Below, piece after piece: positions 1 through 8,290 of a DNA stretch of 64,000 nucleotides. Position 1 is the stretch's first letter. Every line of letters starts with the position of its first letter. Below the pieces are notes generated by a model. The model worked only from the letters and a program-made list of their open reading frames with translations, was not told the origin of the DNA and searched no databases. The stretch comes from Clostridia bacterium (GTDB taxonomy: Bacteria > Bacillota > Clostridia > Oscillospirales > CAG-272): positions 23,536 through 87,535 of the forward strand of contig JAFQRL010000005.1 of the NCBI GenBank assembly GCA_017410065.1. The letters run 5' to 3'. The translations under genes and the position numbers were made by a program.

Positions 1-1
1 T

Positions 2-112
2 ATCGAGCACGGCGCGTATATCGCAATGAAGCTTAAGGAAATAGAGAAAAGCGATGCCGAGATAAAGGCGGCGGCTGAAAGGTCCTCTGCCGAGAGCGGC
101 GACGAGAGCTGA
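2..112 (+). CDS. 3' end of an unidentified CDS truncated by the window start
   Basis: Open frame from position 2 (IEHGAYIAMKLKEIEKSDAEIKAAAERSSAESGDES) ends in TGA at 110-112, immediately before the rimI ATG. Confidence 0.45.
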   Translation: MEHGAYIAMKLKEIEKSDAEIKAAAERSSAESGDES

Positions 113-113
113 T

Positions 114-548
114 ATGGAGATCAGGCGCGCTAATCCTAACGATATTCTCGGCATTGAGAAGATAGAGGAGCTATCCTTCGGCGACCCTTGGGACAGAAAG
201 ACTATCTCGGGCTACGTCTGCTCCGAGGACGGAATGTGCTTCGTTGCCACAGACGGCGGCGAGGTGATAGCATACGTCATCGGCAGAATTATCGCACCCG
301 AGGGCGAGATATACAGGATCGCCACTCACCCCGACCGCCGAGGCAGAGGCGTTGGCTTCAGGCTTATTTCCTACTCCCTCAAAACCGAGCGCGGCAGAGG
401 ACTTGAAACCACCTTCCTTGAGGTGAGATCGAGAAACCTCCCCGCCATCTCCCTCTATAAAGCTTACGGCTTTGAGGTGGTTGGCAGAAGGTCAGGCTAC
501 TATAAGGACCCCGCCGACGACGCCATCGTTATGATGCTGGGTAAATAA
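114..548 (+). CDS. rimI: Ribosomal protein S18-alanine N-acetyltransferase (GNAT)
   Basis: GNAT motifs RIATHPDRRGRGVG, FLEVRSRNLPAISLYKAYGF and C-terminal RRSGYYKDPADDAIVM; lies next to tsaD. Confidence 0.9.
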   Translation: MEIRRANPNDILGIEKIEELSFGDPWDRKTISGYVCSEDGMCFVATDGGEVIAYVIGRIIAPEGEIYRIATHPDRRGRGVGFRLISYSLKTERGRGLETTFLEVRSRNLPAISLYKAYGFEVVGRRSGYYKDPADDAIVMMLGK

Positions 549-627
549 TTCGGATATCAAAGCTATCAATTAATTCACAAATAAAAGCTATCGACTAATT
601 CACATATCAAAAAGCATTGGAGAAAAA

Positions 628-1710
628 ATGAACGTACTCGCCTTTGAAAGCTCCTGCGACGAAACGAGCGCGGCGGTCGTCTCTTGCGACGCCGAAGGTA
701 AATTCACCGTAAGATCCAATATAATAGCATCCCAGATCGAGACCCACCGTCTCTATGGCGGTGTCGTTCCCGAGATAGCAAGCCGAGCACACGCAGAGGT
801 GATATCCTCTATCACTTACGAGGCTTTGGAGGCGGCAGGTGTCTCAATTTCGGATATTGACCTGGTTGCCGTCACCTCAAACCCGGGGCTTATCGGCGCA
901 CTGCTTGTCGGCGTTAATTTCGCAAAAGGACTTGCCGTGGCAAACGGTATTCCTCTTGTCGCGGTGGATCATATCAAGGGGCACACCGCCGCCGCTCTCC
1001 TTCTGGACGAGCCCCCGAAGCCACCCTATCTCGCCCTCACCGTGTCGGGCGGTCACACGGCTATATATCACGTCACCGACTACACCGACTTCACCCTCAT
1101 AGGCACAACGCGAGACGATGCCATCGGCGAAGCCTTCGACAAGATCGGCAGACTTATCGGCATCCCCTACCCCGCAGGTCGCGGCTTTGATCAGCTCTCC
1201 CGAGAGGGCTTCATCCTCGCCACGGGCGACGAGCAGGACTTCTATAAAAAATACAAAAGCTGTGCCGCATATAAGGATAAGGAGATGACTCTCCCCTCCC
1301 CCGCACTCTCCGACGGCTCCCTTGATTTTTCCTTCTCGGGACTTAAGACCGCGGGAGTTAATCTTCTTCACAAATACGAGCAGCACGGAAGGGCTGTCCC
1401 CCGCGAGCTTTTCGCCGCAAGATACACCTTTGAGGCGGTTGAGGCGGTGGCAAAAAAGATAAGTCTCGCGCTAGAGAGATACCAAGGCTGCGACCTCGTT
1501 TTAGCGGGCGGTGTTGCGGCAAACTCCCACCTTCGCGCAAGGCTCTCCGAGGTGTGCAGGTCGGCAGGGGTGTCTCTGTTTATGCCTCCCGTGGAGCTCT
1601 GCGGCGACAACGCGGCAATGATCGCCGCGGCGGGCTATTATGAATTTATCAAGGGAAATCTCTCGGATTCCTCCCTCAACGCAAGCGCACTTGATTCTAT
1701 CACGAGATAA
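628..1710 (+). CDS. tsaD: tRNA N6-threonylcarbamoyltransferase TsaD
   Basis: ESSCDET, YGGVVPEIASRAH, SGGHT, DDAIGEAFDK, FSFSGLKTA, GGVAAN and DNAAMIA motifs. Confidence 0.97.
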   Translation: MNVLAFESSCDETSAAVVSCDAEGKFTVRSNIIASQIETHRLYGGVVPEIASRAHAEVISSITYEALEAAGVSISDIDLVAVTSNPGLIGALLVGVNFAKGLAVANGIPLVAVDHIKGHTAAALLLDEPPKPPYLALTVSGGHTAIYHVTDYTDFTLIGTTRDDAIGEAFDKIGRLIGIPYPAGRGFDQLSREGFILATGDEQDFYKKYKSCAAYKDKEMTLPSPALSDGSLDFSFSGLKTAGVNLLHKYEQHGRAVPRELFAARYTFEAVEAVAKKISLALERYQGCDLVLAGGVAANSHLRARLSEVCRSAGVSLFMPPVELCGDNAAMIAAAGYYEFIKGNLSDSSLNASALDSITR

Positions 1711-1741
1711 ATTATTCTGAAAACAACCGAAAGGATAAAAA

Positions 1742-2458
1742 ATGGAAAGCATTGATAAGGTACACGGCACCTTTGAGCGCCGCGTTATGGAAACAAAGGA
1801 TACCGACGTTCCCACCGCCGTTATAAAAAGACTTCCCCGATACCACAGATACCTCGGCGATCTTCTTGAAGCAGGCAGACTTCGTATATCCTCCTCCGAG
1901 CTTTCAAAAATTATGAACGTCACAGCCTCCCAGATCCGTCAGGACCTTAACTGCTTCGGAGGCTTCGGTCAGCAGGGCTACGGCTACAATATAAAATATC
2001 TTTTCTCAAAGATCAGCGAGCTTCTCGGAGTTGCCGAGGGATACGACTGCGTTATCGTGGGAGCGGGCAACCTCGGACGAGCCCTCGCCTCCACACGTAT
2101 GTTCGGCAGGCGCGGCATAAACCGCATAGCCCTCTTTGACGTCAACCCCGAGATCGTTGGCACCGAGATATACGGCATACCCGTTTACCATATAGACGAG
2201 CTCTACGACTTCTGCAAGCACAAGCGGGTCAACATCGGCGTTCTCACCGTTCCCAAGTCCGCCGCATACGACGTGGCGCGTACTCTCGCCGCCGCAGGCG
2301 TTAAGGGTATATGGAATTTCGCGAATATGGAATTGAAGCTCGACGACGACTCCGTTATAGTTGAAAACATCCATCTTGGAGATTCTCTTATGACTCTCTG
2401 CTATAAGGTCAAGGTGAAAAACGACCAGATAAAAAAGAGCGCAGAGGGCGAAGAATAA
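1742..2458 (+). CDS. rex: Redox-sensing transcriptional repressor Rex
   Basis: RLPRYHRYL, SQIRQDLNCFGGFGQQGYGY, GAGNLG and GIWNFA motifs; an alternative start exists at 1787. Confidence 0.96.
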   Translation: MESIDKVHGTFERRVMETKDTDVPTAVIKRLPRYHRYLGDLLEAGRLRISSSELSKIMNVTASQIRQDLNCFGGFGQQGYGYNIKYLFSKISELLGVAEGYDCVIVGAGNLGRALASTRMFGRRGINRIALFDVNPEIVGTEIYGIPVYHIDELYDFCKHKRVNIGVLTVPKSAAYDVARTLAAAGVKGIWNFANMELKLDDDSVIVENIHLGDSLMTLCYKVKVKNDQIKKSAEGEE

Positions 2459-2584
2459 GAAAAAGACCCCACCCTGTGTCTCATTTTTAAGGTTTTCTTA
2501 AAAAAATCAAAGAGTCCCGAACCAAAAAATTGAAGCGGTGCAAAATCTTTTCACCGCAAAAATCCTTCACACACGGAGTATTAA

Positions 2585-3547
2585 ATGAAAAGCTTTTACA
2601 TAAAGGCGCATCCCACCGCCGCAAGCCTCTCCGAGAGCTTCAGGGAAGCAACCGCAGAGGAGCTTCGAGTGCTGGTTTGTATGATCGCTCTGGACGGAAA
2701 ATGCGTCACCGCCGAGGAAATTTCAAAAAGAGCGGGCACCTCGCTCAACCGAGCTCGGGCGTCCATCACCCTTTGGGAGTCGGAGGGCGCAATAAGCATC
2801 TCCACAGAGGAGAGCAATATTATAGATGAATTTGATCCCGACACCGAAACTGTCGAAGCAAAAAAGACCGCCGAGACCATCAGGCAAGAGGGGCTTCGTG
2901 AGCTCCACGAGGAGATAGCCTCCATCATCGGCAAGCCCGCCCTTGATAGGGAGGAGATCGCACGCATCACCGCCCTCTATTCGGAGCTTGCTCTCTCGGA
3001 GGAATATATCATCACCCTCGCTCACCATATAAAGGCTCGCCACGAGGCGGCGGGTAAGGAAACGAGGCTTCGCGTTGGAAATATCGTCACCCGAGCAAGG
3101 GCTCTCGTTGAAAAGGGCGTGGACTCCCTTGAGCTTCTTGAGCACTATATCGAAACGGTTGAAAACGACACGAAGGACGAGCACATAATCCGCCGTGTCC
3201 TCGGCATCTGGAACAGACGCATCTCAAAATCCGAGAAGGATTATTTCCGCAAGTGGACCGACGAATTCTGCTTCGGCGAGGAGATAATCTCCGAGGCATA
3301 CGACATCGCCGCCCTTAAGGCAAACGCATCCTTAAGCTATATGAATAAGGTGCTTGCATCCTGGCACGAGGCGGGCTGCAAAACCGTTGAGGAATGTAAA
3401 AATTACGACACCTCCCGCCTCCAAGCGAAAAAATCTCGCGGCGGCAACCAAAAATCCAAGACCGAGCCCCAAACCCCGAAATACGGAAACTTCGACCCCA
3501 CGGCGGCACTTGAAGCAGCCATCAAGCGTTCCTTTGATAAAAAATAA
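2585..3547 (+). CDS. DnaD/DnaB-domain replication protein
   Basis: N-terminal wHTH-like region, C-terminal SLSYMNKVLASWHEAGCKT (DnaD YIxxILxxW motif); sits directly upstream of a DnaC-like ATPase. Confidence 0.85.
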   Translation: MKSFYIKAHPTAASLSESFREATAEELRVLVCMIALDGKCVTAEEISKRAGTSLNRARASITLWESEGAISISTEESNIIDEFDPDTETVEAKKTAETIRQEGLRELHEEIASIIGKPALDREEIARITALYSELALSEEYIITLAHHIKARHEAAGKETRLRVGNIVTRARALVEKGVDSLELLEHYIETVENDTKDEHIIRRVLGIWNRRISKSEKDYFRKWTDEFCFGEEIISEAYDIAALKANASLSYMNKVLASWHEAGCKTVEECKNYDTSRLQAKKSRGGNQKSKTEPQTPKYGNFDPTAALEAAIKRSFDKK

Positions 3548-3564
3548 AGAAACAGGAGAAGGAT

Positions 3565-4515
3565 ATGTATAGCTACGAAAATTACCATAAGGTAAAGGAA
3601 GAAATAGAAGCTCGCAGAAAGAAGGCTATTGCCGATGCGGATGCAAGAGACGAAAAGCTCCGCTCTATCTCCGAGGAAATAAGAGAGATCGACGGCGAGC
3701 TCTCCAAAACAGGACTTATTATCTTCAAGGCGGCTTGCACAGGTCAGGATATTGCACCCATCAAGGAGCGTAATAAATTGCTTCGCGCAAAGCGAGCGGA
3801 GGTCCTTCGCAGTCTCGGCTACCCCGAGGACTATTCCGACGTTAAGTACCACTGCCCTATATGCTCGGACAGCGGATATATAAACGGCGCGAAAATGTGC
3901 TCCTGCTTCCACGAGGCTCTCGTTAAGGCGACCATCGCATCCTCGGGCATCGGAGATCTTATCGAGGAGCAGTCCTTCGATAACTTCGAGCTGGATAGAT
4001 ACAAAAAGGATCCCGCAGTATACGAGCAAATGTCGGGCGTGCTTGCCAAGGCAAAGGAATATGCAAGCTCCTTCAGAACCAACAAAACCAACATTCTTAT
4101 GATCGGCACCACGGGCACAGGTAAGACCCACCTCTCCACCGCGATCGCAAGAGAGGTGATCAAGCAGGGCTACGACGTTATCTACGACAGCATCCACAAC
4201 ATCATCTCCGACTTTGAGGAGGATAAATTCAAGAGCGGCTACGGCCCATACGAGCCGAAAACAGAAAAATATCTTGAATGTGATCTGCTTATCATCGACG
4301 ATCTCGGCACCGAATTTTCAAATCAGTTCACCGTCTCCTGCATATATAATCTTATCAACACAAGAATGAACCACGGCAAGGCAACCATCATTTCCACAAA
4401 CCTTGATGCCGAGGAGCTTTCAAGAAAATATGAGGGCAGGATCTATTCGCGCCTTGTTGGCAGATCGATCATTCTTCCCTTCGCGGGCAGAGACCAACGC
4501 CTCGGCGGCTTTTAA
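3565..4515 (+). CDS. DnaC/DnaI-like helicase loader ATPase
   Basis: Zn motif CPICSDSG...CSC, Walker A GTTGTGKT, LLIIDDLG, IISTNL, RIYSRL. Confidence 0.9.
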   Translation: MYSYENYHKVKEEIEARRKKAIADADARDEKLRSISEEIREIDGELSKTGLIIFKAACTGQDIAPIKERNKLLRAKRAEVLRSLGYPEDYSDVKYHCPICSDSGYINGAKMCSCFHEALVKATIASSGIGDLIEEQSFDNFELDRYKKDPAVYEQMSGVLAKAKEYASSFRTNKTNILMIGTTGTGKTHLSTAIAREVIKQGYDVIYDSIHNIISDFEEDKFKSGYGPYEPKTEKYLECDLLIIDDLGTEFSNQFTVSCIYNLINTRMNHGKATIISTNLDAEELSRKYEGRIYSRLVGRSIILPFAGRDQRLGGF

Positions 4516-4741
4516 AAAGAGCGAGTGTGGTGACCCAAGGTAGGAAACCGTCCCGCAAAAGCTGTCGCTTCAGATAATTAACCGAGCTCTCCCTCCCGAA
4601 ATAATTTTTCCGCAAAAGAGGGCTCCCATTTATAAAAAGATAGCTCCCATTTATAAACCGAAAATCATAAAAAAACAGAGCAAGAACACAAAGGAATTTG
4701 GATCTTCCCCGAAGCATCTCGCCTCGGCAGATCTTCTCTTC

Positions 4742-4840
4742 CCTTATTCTTGCTCTGCTTTTTATTTGGTTTTTCCTTATTCCTGCTCTGATTTTTATTT
4801 GGGTATTACCTTATTCCCGCTCTGATTTTTATTCGGTTTT
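4742..4840. repeat. Three tandem ~33-bp imperfect repeats
   Basis: CCTTATTCYYGCTCTGMTTTTTATTYGG starts at 4742, 4775 and 4809. Confidence 0.8.
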
Positions 4841-4928
4841 TGGGGAACACAAACCCGCAAGGCGCAATAAATTGTTCCCTAATTATCTGAAAAATCGGGA
4901 CACAGGGTGCCACTTAATGCAAAAAAAC

Positions 4929-5279
4929 TTAAATTGCCTTGCCTGTTACCACCACGTCGACCCCTGTGCCGAGCACGTCGGAGATGACTGCGTCGCCGAT
5001 AGAAAGACCGTCGGGTGCAACCACCGAATTTATCTCGTCCATACAAGCAAACACCAGTTCCTTCGGGATAGCCGCAGAGGTCTTAACAGGCTGAAGTCTG
5101 CCCGACTCGGTGCGCACGGTGCTCGTCACCGATCTTTTCGGATGGGTACATTCATCCTCTGCATAGGTCTTGCCTCTCGGGCAAGCATTACCATCCACCG
5201 AGATAAGCTTTCCATCATCGAGGTAAAGCGTCATATCACAGCCTCTCGGGCAAATAATACAAGTCAGCTTTCTTTCCAT
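4929..5279 (-). CDS. DUF1667-type small Cys-rich (Fe-S/Zn) protein of the G3P oxidoreductase cluster
   Basis: CIICPRGC, GNACPRG and SVTSTV motifs; third gene of the operon; ATG at 5279 follows a GGAGG. Confidence 0.85.
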   Translation of the reverse strand: MERKLTCIICPRGCDMTLYLDDGKLISVDGNACPRGKTYAEDECTHPKRSVTSTVRTESGRLQPVKTSAAIPKELVFACMDEINSVVAPDGLSIGDAVISDVLGTGVDVVVTGKAI

Positions 5280-5281
5280 CC

Positions 5282-6547
5282 TCACACCTCCTCAAGAGAG
5301 AGTCTGATCTCTCCGACCTTTGCCTCGGCAATATCCTTTGCGGATAGCTTCACGGTCTCCATCTCACCAGGCGCAAGCTTCAGCTTTCTTTTGGAAAGGA
5401 TAACTCTATCGCCAAGCCTTGCAACGATCTTCTTATCGCGGAATACGTCGCTCACTCTGAAATAAACAGTTGTATCCTCCGCTTTATGCAGTATGTGGGG
5501 TACCGTGTAGCGAATTTTGCCATCTGTGACTATCTTAACCTTGATCAAATCACCTTTTGCGACGCCTCCCTGGAGGGCATATTCCGCCGCCGCTCGACCC
5601 GCGATCACCGCCTCCTCGGAAACGTAGTCCACAAGGTCGTGAACGTGAAGCACGTTGCCGCAAGCAAATATTCCCTCCTCCGAGGTCTGCCTGTCGCCGT
5701 CGACTATCGCACCGCCCGTCACCCTGTCCATATCGATACCGCAGGAGACGGTAAGCTCGTTTTCGGGAATAAGTCCGCAGGAAAGAAGCAGGGTGTCGCA
5801 CTTGATATATTCCTCGCTCCCCGCAATAGGTCTGCGATTTTCATCCACCGCCGACACCGTCACCCCCTCAAGCCTTTCCTTGCCGTGGATCGCCGTGACA
5901 GTGTGAGAAAGCTTCAAGGGAATATTATAATCATTAAGGCATTGCTCAATATTTCTTGCAAGACCGCCCGAATAAGGCATCAGCTCGCACACCGCGTGGA
6001 CCTTCGCACCCTCAAGGGTCATTCGCCTTGCCATAATAAGCCCGATGTCGCCCGAGCCGAGAATTACCACCTCGCGACCCGGCATATATCCCTTCATATT
6101 AACGAACTTCTGCGCAAGACCGGCGGTATATATTCCCGCAGGACGAGTGCCCGAAATTCCAAGCGCACCCTTGGGTCTCTCGCGGCAGCCCATCGCAAGC
6201 ACGATAGCATCAGCCTTCACGGTGAAGATGCCGCGCTCGGAGCTCATCGCAGTTACGGTCTTGTCCTTATGCAGCTCTATAACCATAGTGTTCAGCATAA
6301 AGTCGATCCCCATCTCACGCACTCTCGCCTCATACCTTGCGGCGTATTCGGGGCCCGTGAGCTCCTCGCCAAAGGTATGAAGACCAAATCCGCCGTGAAT
6401 ACATTGGCGAAGAATACCGCCGAGCGAATCGTCTCTCTCCAGAATAAGAATATCGGATACTCCTGCCTCACGCGCCGCAATTGCCGCCGCCATTCCCGCA
6501 GGTCCGCCGCCGATTATGGCAACGCTTGTTTTAATTACATTCTCCAT
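5282..6547 (-). CDS. NAD(P)/FAD-dependent (pyridine nucleotide-disulfide) oxidoreductase
   Basis: GGGPAG, GGILRQCIHGGFG, AMGCRER, GSGDIG and GNVLHVHDLVD motifs. Confidence 0.9.
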   Translation of the reverse strand: MENVIKTSVAIIGGGPAGMAAAIAAREAGVSDILILERDDSLGGILRQCIHGGFGLHTFGEELTGPEYAARYEARVREMGIDFMLNTMVIELHKDKTVTAMSSERGIFTVKADAIVLAMGCRERPKGALGISGTRPAGIYTAGLAQKFVNMKGYMPGREVVILGSGDIGLIMARRMTLEGAKVHAVCELMPYSGGLARNIEQCLNDYNIPLKLSHTVTAIHGKERLEGVTVSAVDENRRPIAGSEEYIKCDTLLLSCGLIPENELTVSCGIDMDRVTGGAIVDGDRQTSEEGIFACGNVLHVHDLVDYVSEEAVIAGRAAAEYALQGGVAKGDLIKVKIVTDGKIRYTVPHILHKAEDTTVYFRVSDVFRDKKIVARLGDRVILSKRKLKLAPGEMETVKLSAKDIAEAKVGEIRLSLEEV

Positions 6548-8058
6548 TACGCATTGCCTCCATCTGCATTTTTAACGGTTTTCGCCTTATTATGCAAACT
6601 ATTATTTGCATTTTCGTTATTTTTCCAAAGCTTTTCCTTTGTCCTTGAAATATTGAGGAAGGATTTTCCGCCGCTCTTTGTTACGTCAAGATAATCAATT
6701 CCTCTCTCACGGGAGAGTATCTCCACGATATAAGGCGTGCAGAAGCCGCCCTGGCATCTGCCCATAGTTGCTCTCGTTCTGCGCTTTATTCCGTCGACGG
6801 TCACAGGGCGAGGCTCGGTCCTTATAGCCTCAATTATCTCCCCCTCTGTCACAAGCTCGCAACGGCAGATGACCCTTGCATATTCGGGGTGCTCCTTGAT
6901 TATTTCGTTCTTTTCTTCCTGTGTGAGTTCCTTGAAATAATGCATCGGGCGACGTGTGGGAACGAAGTCCTCTCTTTCCTTAAGCGGTGCTCCAACCCCC
7001 GAAAGAAGCTCGCAAACGTACTCCGCAATAGCAGGCGACGCCGAAAGCCCCGGGCTCTCAATTCCCGCCGCGTTCACAAATCCGTCCTCGGTTACGTTTA
7101 TGATAAAATCGCCTGTTGAGCCGCCCGCGCGAAGACCTGTGAAATTAGTGATGGTCTTGCCGAAATTGATACCCTTCACCTGCTCGGATGCAAGGGCGCG
7201 CACCCTTGCCTGACCCGCCGCCGTTGTGCTTAAGTCGGTCTTGTCGTCAATATCCTCCGCCGTGGGTCCTATAAGAAGGTTGCCGTCCACCGTTGGCGTA
7301 ACGAGCACGCCCTTGCCCATTTTTGAGGGGCAACGGAAGATGGTCGAGCCAACGTGGTCGCCGCACTCCTTGTCAAGCAAAATATATTCTCCGCGACGTG
7401 CTCTCACGGTGAAGCCATCGTCGCCCGCAAGCCTTGCGACCTCATCCGAATAAAGCCCTGCGCAGTTCACAACGTACCTTGCCGAAACCGACTTATCGGC
7501 GGCTCCTATAATAAATCCGCCATTAGCTCTTTCAATTTTATCCACCTTGAATTCAAGGCGAAGCTCCGCGCCGTTATCGATCGCGTTACCCACCGCCGCC
7601 ATACAAAGCTCGTATGGGCAAACGATAGCACCCGTGGGTGCGTGAAGCGCACAGCTCACGCCGTCGCCAAGGTTCTTTTCAATTTTGCGAGCCTCCTCGC
7701 CCGAAAGAAGCTTGAGCCCACGAACGCCGTTGCTCTCGCCCCTTTTGAGAAGTGCCGCAAGCGTTTCGCGATCCTCCTCGCTAAAGCCGACCACCATCGA
7801 GCCGCAACGCTTATACTTAACGCCAAGCTCCGCGCAAACAGACTCCATCATCTCCGAGCCGCGAACGTTGAGCTTTGCCTTAAGCGAGCCCTCCTTTGCA
7901 TCGTATCCCGCGTGCACTATTGCGGAATTTGCGCGAGTGGCGCCGAGGGCAACGTCACTCTCCTTTTCAAGAATAACCACCCTCATTCCGTTTTTCACGA
8001 GAGCGCGCGCCACAAGTCCGCCAACAACTCCCGCACCGATAACAGCAACGTCAAACAT
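6547..8058 (-). CDS. FAD-dependent oxidoreductase with C-terminal BFD-like [2Fe-2S] domain (glycerol-3-phosphate dehydrogenase/LhgO-like)
   Basis: GAGVVG, NSAIVHAG, GIESPGLSASPA, ICRCE...GRCQGGFC; start placed at MFDVAVIG, which follows a GGAGA RBS. Confidence 0.88.
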   Translation of the reverse strand: MFDVAVIGAGVVGGLVARALVKNGMRVVILEKESDVALGATRANSAIVHAGYDAKEGSLKAKLNVRGSEMMESVCAELGVKYKRCGSMVVGFSEEDRETLAALLKRGESNGVRGLKLLSGEEARKIEKNLGDGVSCALHAPTGAIVCPYELCMAAVGNAIDNGAELRLEFKVDKIERANGGFIIGAADKSVSARYVVNCAGLYSDEVARLAGDDGFTVRARRGEYILLDKECGDHVGSTIFRCPSKMGKGVLVTPTVDGNLLIGPTAEDIDDKTDLSTTAAGQARVRALASEQVKGINFGKTITNFTGLRAGGSTGDFIINVTEDGFVNAAGIESPGLSASPAIAEYVCELLSGVGAPLKEREDFVPTRRPMHYFKELTQEEKNEIIKEHPEYARVICRCELVTEGEIIEAIRTEPRPVTVDGIKRRTRATMGRCQGGFCTPYIVEILSRERGIDYLDVTKSGGKSFLNISRTKEKLWKNNENANNSLHNKAKTVKNADGGNA

Positions 8059-8217
8059 CAATAATTCTCCAATCAAAGCGTCATCTTTTTCCTGTTTATT
8101 ATATATCAGATCATATTATAATTCAAGCACTTTAAAAAAGTTTGATAAAAATTAATCAAATTATTCCTGTTTTCAAAATAAAAAATCAAAAAATCGATAT
8201 AATAGTAAGAACCTCAC

Positions 8218-8246
8218 TTGACTAACCGTCCTCGCGGTGTTAAAAT
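8218..8246 (+). promoter_or_regulatory. SigmaA-type promoter of the M16 peptidase gene
   Basis: TTGACT-17 bp-TAAAAT. Confidence 0.6.
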
Positions 8247-8290
8247 AATATTATATTATTTTCAAAGCACCCCAATCGAAAGGATAAAAA

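Noticed and set aside
559-604. 21-bp imperfect duplication between rimI and tsaD
   Set aside because: Two copies at a 25-bp period only; compatible with simple slippage.
5486-6694. 402-aa plus-strand ORF and other long opposite-strand ORFs (3403-4197, 11584-12729, 31524-32522, 43259-44095, 51495-52193)
   Set aside because: They overlap well-supported genes on the other strand and have no motifs; typical shadows of biased codon usage.
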